From Candidatus Kaiserbacteria bacterium (GTDB taxonomy: Bacteria > Patescibacteriota > Minisyncoccia > Phycocordibacterales > UBA2100): a DNA stretch of 42,169 nt. The stretch spans positions 1 to 42,169 of the forward strand of contig JACRFK010000005.1 in assembly GCA_016217925.1 (NCBI GenBank), given 5' to 3'. A model generated the notes under the pieces. The model made no database searches. It saw only the letters and a list, made by a program, of their open reading frames with translations, and was not told the origin of the DNA. The position numbers were made by a program, and so were the translations under genes. Numbering within the stretch: the first letter of the stretch is position 1; every line of letters begins with the position of its first letter. Below are positions 25,982 to 33,922 of this stretch, piece by piece.

Positions 25982-27376
25982 ATGAGCGCACACATCACAT
26001 TTCATGGGGGCGCGGGGACGGTGACCGGAGCAAATTTTCTTTTGGATACTGGTGAGAAGAAAATACTTATCGATTGTGGGATACTCCAGAGAGAACAAGT
26101 TTGCGATACGGCCAACAGCGCGCCGTTTCCCTACGATGTAAAAAAAGTAGATACGCTCATCGTGACACACGCGCATCAAGACCACATCGGGCGTATCCCG
26201 CGCCTTGTCCGGGATGGATTTCGCGGCGCGATACATTCGACCGGTGCGACGAAGGAACTCGCTGCCCTCATGTTTGCGGACGCTCTGCGGGTGATGCAGG
26301 AAGACGCATTGAAACGGGGATGCGAAGTGCTATACGAGGCGCAAGATATCGAACAGGCGCTCTTGCTTTGGCACGCGCATGAATATCACGAGCCGTTTGA
26401 AATCCACGAGGCGTCGCCTTCAAATCCCAAAGGCGACGCCTCCGGAATAACGGTTGAGTTTCTTGACGCGGGACACGTCCTCGGCTCGGCACTCGTGAAG
26501 CTCACACGGCATGGCCGCACCATCGTATGTACGGGCGACATTGGCAATTCTCCCGAGCCTCTCTTAAAGGACACTGAATTTCCCGCGGGCACGGATTATC
26601 TGGTGATGGAGAGTGTGTACGGCGACCGTGTGCACGAGGACCGGGCGGAGCGTCGCGAGAAGCTCCGGCAGTGTGTCGAAGACACGCGTGCACGCAAAGG
26701 AGTCCTGCTCATTCCGTCCTTCTCGCTTGAGCGCACGCAGCTGCTGCTCTTTGAGCTCAATGTGATGATGGAGGAGGGGACGCTCGCGCCAATACCCGTG
26801 TATCTCGACTCGCCACTCGCAATAGAAATTACCGATGTATTCCGCAAATACAGACAGCTGCTCAATCCCGCGGCGCAAGAGCATTTTTCGGAGCACGGCG
26901 ACCCCTTCTCGTTTAGGAGCTTGAAGCTCACCCGCGGGGTCAGTGAATCCCGCGCAATCCACGCCGCACCGAGCCCTAAAATCATCATCGCGGGCGCGGG
27001 GATGTCTCACGGCGGGCGCATTCCCATACACGAAAAATACTATTTGAGCGACAAGCACGCGACCATTCTCTTCGTTGGCTATCAGGTGCCGGGCTCACTC
27101 GGGCGGCGTATAGAAGACGGTGAGAAACGAGTCGAAATAGACGGCGAGCACATCCGCATCTATGCCAAGCGGGAGACGCTCACGGGATATTCGGGGCATG
27201 CCGACCGCGAGCAGTTGCTCACCTTTGTCGAGAAAGCGAGGGAGAGTCTTGAGCGCGTCTTTGTGACAATGGGTGAACCGAGATCATCCCTCTTTCTCGC
27301 GCAGCGCATCCAAGATTTTCTCGGAGTTGATGCAATTGTGCCCGAAGCGACACAATCGTTCGACATTAACTGGTAG
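25982..27376 (+). CDS. beta-CASP metallo-beta-lactamase fold ribonuclease
   Basis: THAHQDHIG, AGHVLGS, CTGDIG, MESVYG, YSGHAD. Confidence 0.95.
   Translation: MSAHITFHGGAGTVTGANFLLDTGEKKILIDCGILQREQVCDTANSAPFPYDVKKVDTLIVTHAHQDHIGRIPRLVRDGFRGAIHSTGATKELAALMFADALRVMQEDALKRGCEVLYEAQDIEQALLLWHAHEYHEPFEIHEASPSNPKGDASGITVEFLDAGHVLGSALVKLTRHGRTIVCTGDIGNSPEPLLKDTEFPAGTDYLVMESVYGDRVHEDRAERREKLRQCVEDTRARKGVLLIPSFSLERTQLLLFELNVMMEEGTLAPIPVYLDSPLAIEITDVFRKYRQLLNPAAQEHFSEHGDPFSFRSLKLTRGVSESRAIHAAPSPKIIIAGAGMSHGGRIPIHEKYYLSDKHATILFVGYQVPGSLGRRIEDGEKRVEIDGEHIRIYAKRETLTGYSGHADREQLLTFVEKARESLERVFVTMGEPRSSLFLAQRIQDFLGVDAIVPEATQSFDINW
26408..26442 (+). repeat. REP-doublet-like palindrome in frame in MBL hydrolase
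   Basis: GAGGCGTCGCCTT-N9-AAGGCGACGCCTC; each arm is itself a small palindrome. Confidence 0.6.
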
Positions 27377-27398
27377 CGGGATGGTATAATCGCTCTCA

Positions 27399-28082
27399 AT
27401 GGCGAAAAGGAATCTACATCCGAATCACACTGCGGTCCCGCTGAATTTCTGCCGGCTGCCCGATGGCTACGGTGTCGTGAAGATCGCCGTCTCGGGCGCG
27501 GCCGAGACGGGTGCGTGCGGGCTCGATGCGTATGAAAAAGCAAAAGAGGTCGGGCGCGAGATAGCAAAACACGGCGGCATCATCACGACGGGCGCCACGA
27601 CCGGATTTCCCATGTACGCCGCGATGGGGGCCAAGGATGAATGCGGTTTTTCTATCGGTTTCTCTCCGGCTTCCAACGAGCGCGAGCATGTAGAAACCTA
27701 CAAATTACCACTCGATTTTATGGATGTCGTCGTCTACACAGGTTTTGGGTATTCGGGCCGCGACCTCCTCTTGGTGCGCTCATCGGACGCCATCATCATC
27801 GGGTGTGGACGCATCGGCACGCTCAACGAATTTTCCGTCGCGTTCGAAGACAGGCGGCCGATCGGGATCCTCGAGGGCTCGTGGGGAACCGATGAACTCC
27901 TTAAACAGATCATCGAGGCGGCACATCGGCCCAATGCGAAGATCGTGTACGACTCCGATCCCAAGGCAATGGTAGAGCGTCTTATCGAAATGGTGACGAA
28001 GGAAAAAGAGAAGACGATGCTCGTCTACAACAATCACGACAGCCGCAGCGCGACAGGGAAGAACGAAGAGGTAATCTTCTAG
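27399..28082 (+). CDS. LOG/Rossmann-fold nucleotide-binding family protein (TIGR00725-like)
   Basis: IAVSG, TGATTG, GRDLLLVRSSD, GRIGTLNE. Confidence 0.85.
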   Translation: MAKRNLHPNHTAVPLNFCRLPDGYGVVKIAVSGAAETGACGLDAYEKAKEVGREIAKHGGIITTGATTGFPMYAAMGAKDECGFSIGFSPASNEREHVETYKLPLDFMDVVVYTGFGYSGRDLLLVRSSDAIIIGCGRIGTLNEFSVAFEDRRPIGILEGSWGTDELLKQIIEAAHRPNAKIVYDSDPKAMVERLIEMVTKEKEKTMLVYNNHDSRSATGKNEEVIF

Positions 28083-28090
28083 GATTTGAG

Positions 28091-28129
28091 CCCCGACGTA
28101 AAGTCGGGGTCCCGACCAAAGCGTCGGGA
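28091..28129. repeat. double-hairpin palindromic repeat between convergent genes
   Basis: CCCCGAC..GTCGGGG then TCCCGAC..GTCGGGA; same family as the rplC insert. Confidence 0.7.
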
Positions 28130-28132
28130 CTG

Positions 28133-28480
28133 CTAGCCCTGTAGTTTTTTCGTCAGTCGCTCGAACGCTTCGGGGTGGTTCATCGCGAGCGCGGCGAGGG
28201 ATTTGCGGTCCAGCGTGATGTTGGCCTTCTTGAGAGCATCAATGAATCGCGAGTACGAAAAGCCGAGCGGGCGAACCGCTGCGTTGATGCGGAGCGTCCA
28301 GAGGTTGCGGTATTCGCGCTTTTTGCTGCGGCGGTGGCGGAACGCGTGCGCGCCCGCGTGATGAATAGCTTCCTTGGCGACGCGCTCTTTCCTGGAACGG
28401 TCAAAGCGGTAGCCCTTGGTCTGCGCCAATACGTTGCGGCGGCGCTTCAGTTTTGTGACTCCTCGTTTTACTCGTACCAT
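28133..28480 (-). CDS. rplT: 50S ribosomal protein L20
   Basis: MVRVKRG, LWTLRINAA, SYSRFI, LDRKSLA. Confidence 0.98.
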   Translation of the reverse strand: MVRVKRGVTKLKRRRNVLAQTKGYRFDRSRKERVAKEAIHHAGAHAFRHRRSKKREYRNLWTLRINAAVRPLGFSYSRFIDALKKANITLDRKSLAALAMNHPEAFERLTKKLQG

Positions 28481-28525
28481 ATCTTAGATTTGGTTAGTGA
28501 GCGAAGCGAGCTTAGCAAATCTTAG

Positions 28526-28631
28526 ACCCGCCCATCCGCCATCTGGTGAATAACGTACTTGAGGTGTTTCTGACATGGTGATTTTCATATTATGTGTTGA
28601 TTATGTTGTTGCAAGCGGCGGATAGGCGGGT
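28526..28631. mobile_element. inverted-repeat-bounded element between rpmI and rplT
   Basis: ACCCGCCCATCCGCC / GGCGGATAGGCGGGT (14/15 match) around an AT-rich core. Confidence 0.55.
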
Positions 28632-28665
28632 TGTGAAAATTATAGTCGCTTAGCTCCTTAATTTT

Positions 28666-28848
28666 CTACAAAAATCGGCTCTTGGCGGTGTTGTCCATTG
28701 CGGGGTGGAAAGCGACGGCTCGGTTGCGGCGCATCTGGTGCGACCTGCCCTCCTTTGCGTTGAAGTGGTTCTGGCCAGGAGCGCGGGCAATGATCTTGCC
28801 GTGCTTGGTCACGCGGAGGCGCTTTGTGTAGGATTTGTTGGTTTTCAT
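28666..28848 (-). CDS. rpmI: 50S ribosomal protein L35
   Basis: MKTNKSYTKRLRVTKHGKI...HFNAK; between infC and rplT. Confidence 0.93.
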   Translation of the reverse strand: MKTNKSYTKRLRVTKHGKIIARAPGQNHFNAKEGRSHQMRRNRAVAFHPAMDNTAKSRFL

Positions 28849-28983
28849 ATAGAAACCGCGCTTTGCGCGGTCGGACCATTATGCCCGAAAAAGGGGAGAT
28901 TGCAAGCTGAAAGCGGCGGGCAGAATTTTGCCGTCTGCGGGACTTTCGCACAAGGTCCTCGTCGTCAAAATCCCGCCCGCCGC

Positions 28984-29604
28984 TTATTCCGCTTGGGGAG
29001 GAGGGGGTTGCTGAAGAACTGCCTTTTCCTGCCTGGGTTGCTTCTGCTGTTGCGGTTTCTTGGACGGGTCGCGCTCAAGGGTGATGGAGAGCCCTTTAGG
29101 GCCCTTTTGGATAGGTTCGGCGACCTTGAAACCCTCCGGAATGACCGCAAGGAATCGTTCGAGGCGCTCTTTGAGGAACTCGAATTCCATGTATTTGTAG
29201 CGTCCCCACAAAAAGAGGTCCACCTTTACGCGGTGGCCTTCTTTGAGCCACTCGGCGGCCTTGCCGGCCTTGATTTGCATGTCGCGCTCCGAGGTGCCGA
29301 TCTTCACCTGCGTTATCTTGGTCTCCGTCACATGCGCTTTGGATTTTATCTCCTTGTCTTTTTTCTTTTGCTCGTATTTGAATTTACCGTAGTCGGTAAT
29401 TTTGCACACTGGCGGCTGCGCGTTGGGTGATACTTCGATGAGGTCGAGTCCGAGCTCAGCCGCCTTTGCGAGTGCCTCGCGGATAGGAAGGACGCCGAAA
29501 TTCTCGGCATTGGGGCCGATGACGCGCACTTCAGGGGCCCTGATGCCCTCATTCATGCGCGCGCGCTCTTTTTCAGCCTGCGATGTGTATTTGGTGAATC
29601 CCAT
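28984..29604 (-). CDS. infC: translation initiation factor IF-3
   Basis: NEGIRAPEVRVI, LDLIEVSPNAQPPVCKITDYGKFKYE, GHRVKV. Confidence 0.97.
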   Translation of the reverse strand: MGFTKYTSQAEKERARMNEGIRAPEVRVIGPNAENFGVLPIREALAKAAELGLDLIEVSPNAQPPVCKITDYGKFKYEQKKKDKEIKSKAHVTETKITQVKIGTSERDMQIKAGKAAEWLKEGHRVKVDLFLWGRYKYMEFEFLKERLERFLAVIPEGFKVAEPIQKGPKGLSITLERDPSKKPQQQKQPRQEKAVLQQPPPPQAE

Positions 29605-29722
29605 CCCGTTAGAGGCAGGAAGCTTGCGCTTCCGCGGCGAATTTTGATGTTGTTACAAATTTCATTTTTTAAATGACGTCACCGTATGGTACCACGACGA
29701 ACTTCCGTAGCCTCTAACGGGA
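29604..29722. mobile_element. MITE-like element (CCCGTTAGA...TCTAACGGG) at infC start
   Basis: 13-bp TIR TCCCGTTAGAGGC / GCCTCTAACGGGA; CCCAT (ATGGG on minus) duplicated at 29600-29604 and 29723-29727. Confidence 0.75.
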
Positions 29723-29774
29723 CCCATTTGGTCCGCGCATTATGGCATTTCCGGCTTGATGTTTCAACCGCGTC

Positions 29775-30986
29775 TCATTCCGAGACGGTACCGCCGGGCG
29801 CTCCCCCGAACGGCCTCAGGTAACTGAGCGCGAGCAGCAGTGTCTTTTTCATCGAATTAAGTATCTGGAGTGCGAACGTATTTTGTCCCCCGACGAACGT
29901 CGGAATGAAATTATTCGCCAAGTCGCCCGACGTGAATGTCTGCGGGACGCTCAGTGATTGAGAGTTGGTGAGAGTACTAGTGGCACCCGACAAAGTTGAA
30001 GTCGGTCTCCGACCGATGAGAGATATCGCATCGTTCGTGTCTGGATTGAGGTCGATAGCGACCGCTTTTCCGATATCTATCGAACCGCTCACCGGATCAG
30101 ACTCCAAGAAGGCGTCGATGAGGTCGAATGCTGATGTGGCGGTCGAAGTGTCCTTGGTATTTTTGTTCGTGTTCGTTGCCGCGTTCGCATTGATGATATC
30201 CGAGACCGACGGTATCTTCGACATATCAGGGGAAACATATGTTTGCGTTGTTGTATTTATCTGGCCCGATATGGTCGGTTGAGTTGGGGTGGGGGGTGTT
30301 GGCTGTGAAGGAAGTGTTGGCTGTGGCGGCATCGGAGGCTGTTGCTGCATGCCGAGTGCCTGGCGGATCTGACCTGATAGCCCACCTGAGCCGCCAGGCG
30401 GTTCGGCGAGCGTGCCATCTCCTTTGTAGTTCGAACACTTGCCGCACTGACCGAATCTCCCGCGCGCATCCTGGAAGTGATTGGGGTCCCACGCGCCGAT
30501 GATATTAATGCCGTAGCCCTGAGAATTCGCGCGCATCCATGAGATTCGTGATGTGTTGTTGAAGTCTACTGCGAGGCCATAATTATGATACGACTGGCAT
30601 GGTCCCGCTTTTGACGCACCACTTTTAACGAGAGCGACTTGCGCCTCAGGTGGTCTATACGCACTGATGATCGTTGGCGGTCCGCCCGGGACGGCTTCCA
30701 TGAATTTCTTTAACTTTTGGGCGAACTCCGCATCAAGACAGGATATGATCGAACCCTTTGATGCATGTTGCCGCAGCCATTCCTTGGCGGATTCCGCCGC
30801 CTGTCCTATGATATCGTCGTCCGGGTTGTAGCAAGCACCTTTCTCTACTCTGCCATTTATTACTGCTGCGTCGGCAGCGGTCGCAGGTCTCGTCCCGGGG
30901 ATTGAAGAACAATCTACTGCCGATGCGGACAGGGGAACAAAGAACGCCAAGAGAAGCGCGAACGTAGTAATCGCTCTTTGTGTCAT
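29775..30986 (-). CDS. secreted M15-family (VanY-like) Zn peptidase with Pro/Gln/Thr-rich tail
   Basis: Signal peptide; SAYR..EAQ, SYHNYGLAVD, WDPNHF motifs. Confidence 0.8.
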   Translation of the reverse strand: MTQRAITTFALLLAFFVPLSASAVDCSSIPGTRPATAADAAVINGRVEKGACYNPDDDIIGQAAESAKEWLRQHASKGSIISCLDAEFAQKLKKFMEAVPGGPPTIISAYRPPEAQVALVKSGASKAGPCQSYHNYGLAVDFNNTSRISWMRANSQGYGINIIGAWDPNHFQDARGRFGQCGKCSNYKGDGTLAEPPGGSGGLSGQIRQALGMQQQPPMPPQPTLPSQPTPPTPTQPTISGQINTTTQTYVSPDMSKIPSVSDIINANAATNTNKNTKDTSTATSAFDLIDAFLESDPVSGSIDIGKAVAIDLNPDTNDAISLIGRRPTSTLSGATSTLTNSQSLSVPQTFTSGDLANNFIPTFVGGQNTFALQILNSMKKTLLLALSYLRPFGGAPGGTVSE

Positions 30987-31042
30987 GTTCGAAGTATACA
31001 GGACGACACTACGTCGTGAGTCAACTGCTGTGGACGCGTTCT

Positions 31043-31639
31043 TCATAATGCCGTTGTAGTTTTCGAAGTCTTGCCCGCGCATGCGTCGTCGGCCCACAGG
31101 CCTTTCTTTTGCTCGCGCGCGCTTTTCTCGGCCGCTTTGAATTCTCTCTGATATTTGTAGGGCAGATTATACGTATATTCGTGTCCATAGCCTTCCGCTA
31201 TCATATATTCATTGAAATTTGCTCCGTCCTTCATGAACACGTATGCAAGTGTGCGTCCGTACTTATCCAACATTCCTTGCGAAGCGTCGTACTCAAGCCG
31301 CACTATTTTGCCAGCGAGCATCTCCCTCGCTTTATCAGACGCCGCTTGGCCGAAGCACTGCACCGGCTTACGCGGGTCGACCGTTTCCGGCGTATCAAGT
31401 CCAATGAGTCGCAAGCGGATGGTCTTCCCCTCTTTCAAAACATCGAGAGTGTCGCCGTCGACGACCTTCACGACCGGATAGATGTTTTGTGGGAGCGCCG
31501 GTGTTGTTGTCGCGTCGGTCATCACCGCGGCGACATCGGCGAGCTGCGATGGCTGAAGAGGAGTGGCATCCTGTGGTTCCAAAACGTAGCCAATAAGCGC
31601 CACGAGAATGGCTGCGATGAGCACCAGCGCTTTTTTCAT
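31043..31639 (-). CDS. thermonuclease (SNase-like)
   Basis: VVDGDT, RLIGLDTPE, DKYGRTLAYV, GLWA. Confidence 0.95.
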   Translation of the reverse strand: MKKALVLIAAILVALIGYVLEPQDATPLQPSQLADVAAVMTDATTTPALPQNIYPVVKVVDGDTLDVLKEGKTIRLRLIGLDTPETVDPRKPVQCFGQAASDKAREMLAGKIVRLEYDASQGMLDKYGRTLAYVFMKDGANFNEYMIAEGYGHEYTYNLPYKYQREFKAAEKSAREQKKGLWADDACAGKTSKTTTAL

Positions 31640-31660
31640 GCATGCATTATACTGTTGCAT

Positions 31661-32362
31661 ATGAAGCGCGTTATCGGATATATATTCACCCTCCTCATTC
31701 TCGTCGGTATTGCCTATGCCGTCTATCTATTCGCGCCGCGAGCACCTGAGACCTCAATATCATCGAGTACCGGCACGAGTTCCACGATGGAGCAAGGGAC
31801 CGAGATACAGGTTACAGATGTCTACGATTCGACTGCCGCGTACCGCGTCGAAGCGCGTTATCCGCAGTTCGGCATTCCCGCGGCCGACGAGAAAATAAAA
31901 GAGGTCGTGGATAAGACAATCGCCGAGTTCAAGGCTTATCCGACAAACCCACCCGATTCGAGTACGTCGCAAAATGAATTCATCGGCTCCTTCAACTCCG
32001 TTTATGTGGGACCCGATATCGTGAGTGTGGCCCTCTCGTTTTCCGCAGATACGGGTGGTGCGCATCCGAACACGAACATCGTCAGTGTGAGCGTCAACGT
32101 GCGCACCGGCAAGGAGCTTACACTCGACGACGCGCTCGCGCTCATCGGAAAGACGCTGCCACAAGTCACGAACGACTCCCTCGTGCAACTGAGGACGGAG
32201 CTCGGAGCGGATTTGATATTTCCCGATGGGGCGAAGCCGGTGGCTGAGAACTACGGCACCTTTCTCGTGAGCGCAGACAAAGTGACGTTCGTTTTCAACA
32301 ATTATCAGGTTGCCCCGTATTCGGCGGGGCAGCAGCAGGTGTGGTTTAAGCGGGTGAAGTGA
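31661..32362 (+). CDS. RsiV/PdaC-like (DUF3298/DUF4163) membrane-anchored protein
   Basis: N-terminal TM helix, YPQF, TGGAHPN, TGKELTLDD, FNNYQVAPYSAG. Confidence 0.8.
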   Translation: MKRVIGYIFTLLILVGIAYAVYLFAPRAPETSISSSTGTSSTMEQGTEIQVTDVYDSTAAYRVEARYPQFGIPAADEKIKEVVDKTIAEFKAYPTNPPDSSTSQNEFIGSFNSVYVGPDIVSVALSFSADTGGAHPNTNIVSVSVNVRTGKELTLDDALALIGKTLPQVTNDSLVQLRTELGADLIFPDGAKPVAENYGTFLVSADKVTFVFNNYQVAPYSAGQQQVWFKRVK

Positions 32363-32440
32363 CCTCCGGAAGGTCTCTATCTTGCACTTCTCGGAGAGCG
32401 GTGGGACACTGGAGGTGTTACCCATAACTAACAGCTTTTT

Positions 32441-32953
32441 ATGCCGGAAGGAAATACACCCTCCACGTCGGGCTCGAACAAGATGTGGTACATTATCGGC
32501 GGCATCGTAATCCTCGCGCTTGTGGGCTGGTTCCTTATGCGCGGTGTAGGCTCTCTCACGGGTGTCGACGTCGACCAGGCGGGGAACGGTGCGACGACAT
32601 ACAGCAATGAAGAAGGAAGCGTGACGGTCGGCAGCGGCGCATCGATGCCATCGAATTGGCCGTCGGATGCCCCCGCAAATTATGCAGGCGCTTCAATCGT
32701 TTACTCAGGCACATCGAATCCGCAGACAGGCCAGAGCGGTTCGGCTGTTTCGTACACGGTGCGTGCGTCGGCGACTAGCGTTGCCGATTACTACAAACAA
32801 CAGCTCACTTCGGCAGGCTGGACGATAGAAAGTACCGCCAATATAGCAGGCGCTATGGTCGTTGCTGCGAAGAAAGATACACGCACGATGGGTGTCTACA
32901 TCACCGACACGGCTGATGGCAATGTCACCGTGGTTGCGGGAATAGAGTTGTAA
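32441..32953 (+). CDS. membrane-anchored hypothetical protein
   Basis: TM helix, PSNWPSD, DYYKQQL..AGW pattern. Confidence 0.75.
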   Translation: MPEGNTPSTSGSNKMWYIIGGIVILALVGWFLMRGVGSLTGVDVDQAGNGATTYSNEEGSVTVGSGASMPSNWPSDAPANYAGASIVYSGTSNPQTGQSGSAVSYTVRASATSVADYYKQQLTSAGWTIESTANIAGAMVVAAKKDTRTMGVYITDTADGNVTVVAGIEL

Positions 32954-32969
32954 TTGATTCGTTCGCACA

Positions 32970-33004
32970 ACAGAAGCCGCCGCGTCAGACGCGGCGGCTT
33001 CTGT
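32970..33004. terminator. bidirectional terminator
   Basis: ACAGAAGCCGCCGCGTC-A-GACGCGGCGGCTTCTGT between convergent gene and tmRNA. Confidence 0.8.
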
Positions 33005-33009
33005 ATTTG

Positions 33010-33394
33010 TGGAGATGGCGAGAATTGCACTCGCGTCCAGAGAAGAGAATATGAGTGACTCTACACAACGTAGACCATCTTGTGATTTAAGCACCTCATC
33101 TTAAAGATGAACGAAACGATGCGATGCCGAACTCTCTTTCTTTAGATTTTTATCCGGAGTGAGATAAGAATCGAACCCGAATTTTATGACACGCCAACTA
33201 CCTCATCGGACGTCGAGCAGCGGCATGGTCGCTTAGGCTAACGCGTAAGCGAACTGAAGGTCTTTCATCTGAATCGGTGAAAGAACTCCACGTGCAGTTT
33301 TATTTGCACTTAGATTTTGAGGCAGTTGAAAAGGTGCCTCAGCTTTGTTGTGCACAAACATATTCCTATTTCCCTGTCGAAACTGATCATCCCC
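33010..33394 (-). ncRNA. ssrA: tmRNA
   Basis: 5' GGGGATGATCAGTTTCGAC; 3' GACGCGAGTGCAATTCTCGCCATCTCCA; tag ORF ending YALA*; adjacent to smpB. Confidence 0.93.
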
Positions 33395-33448
33395 CGGGGC
33401 TACTTTGCTGTTTCCCGCGCAAAGTAGCTTCGGGGAGGGACCAACAGG

Positions 33449-33889
33449 CTATTTTTTCAAGGTTCTTTCTATCTTGCGTTTCTCCTCGCGTGCCCGGATA
33501 GTATGACGCTTATCTTCCTTTTTCTTACCGCGGGCTATCGCGATAGCGAGCTTCAATTTTCGCCCTTTATTATACACCTTAAGGGGCACTACTGTCAACC
33601 CTTTTTCGCCCTCTGCCGAGGCTACATGAGCTATCTGCTTGCGAGAAAGGAGGAGCCGGCGGGTCCGCTCCGGGTCATAGGCCTTTGGGGCATTGGCGGG
33701 CTGCCATGCAGGGATGGTGGCGCCGACGAGGTATGCCTCGCCGCCGCGCGCGACCACGCGCGCGCCCTTCAAAGAGCCGTGTCCGGCCCGCAAAGATTTC
33801 ACCTCAAAGCCGAACAATTCCAAACCCGCCTCGATGGTTTCGAGGATTTCGTAGTCAAATCCGACACGTTTATTCTCGACAATAGTCAT
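33449..33889 (-). CDS. smpB: SsrA-binding protein
   Basis: EAGLEL.G.EVKSLR, RTRRLLL, RGKKKEDKR. Confidence 0.97.
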   Translation of the reverse strand: MTIVENKRVGFDYEILETIEAGLELFGFEVKSLRAGHGSLKGARVVARGGEAYLVGATIPAWQPANAPKAYDPERTRRLLLSRKQIAHVASAEGEKGLTVVPLKVYNKGRKLKLAIAIARGKKKEDKRHTIRAREEKRKIERTLKK

Positions 33890-33922
33890 ACGCGCTCAGT
33901 ATCTCACGAAGTGCTGTAATCG

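Noticed and set aside
31109-31660. N-terminal extension of the 417-aa ORF
   Set aside because: Antisense to the thermonuclease; the real start is ATG 31661 with a TM helix and -10 box
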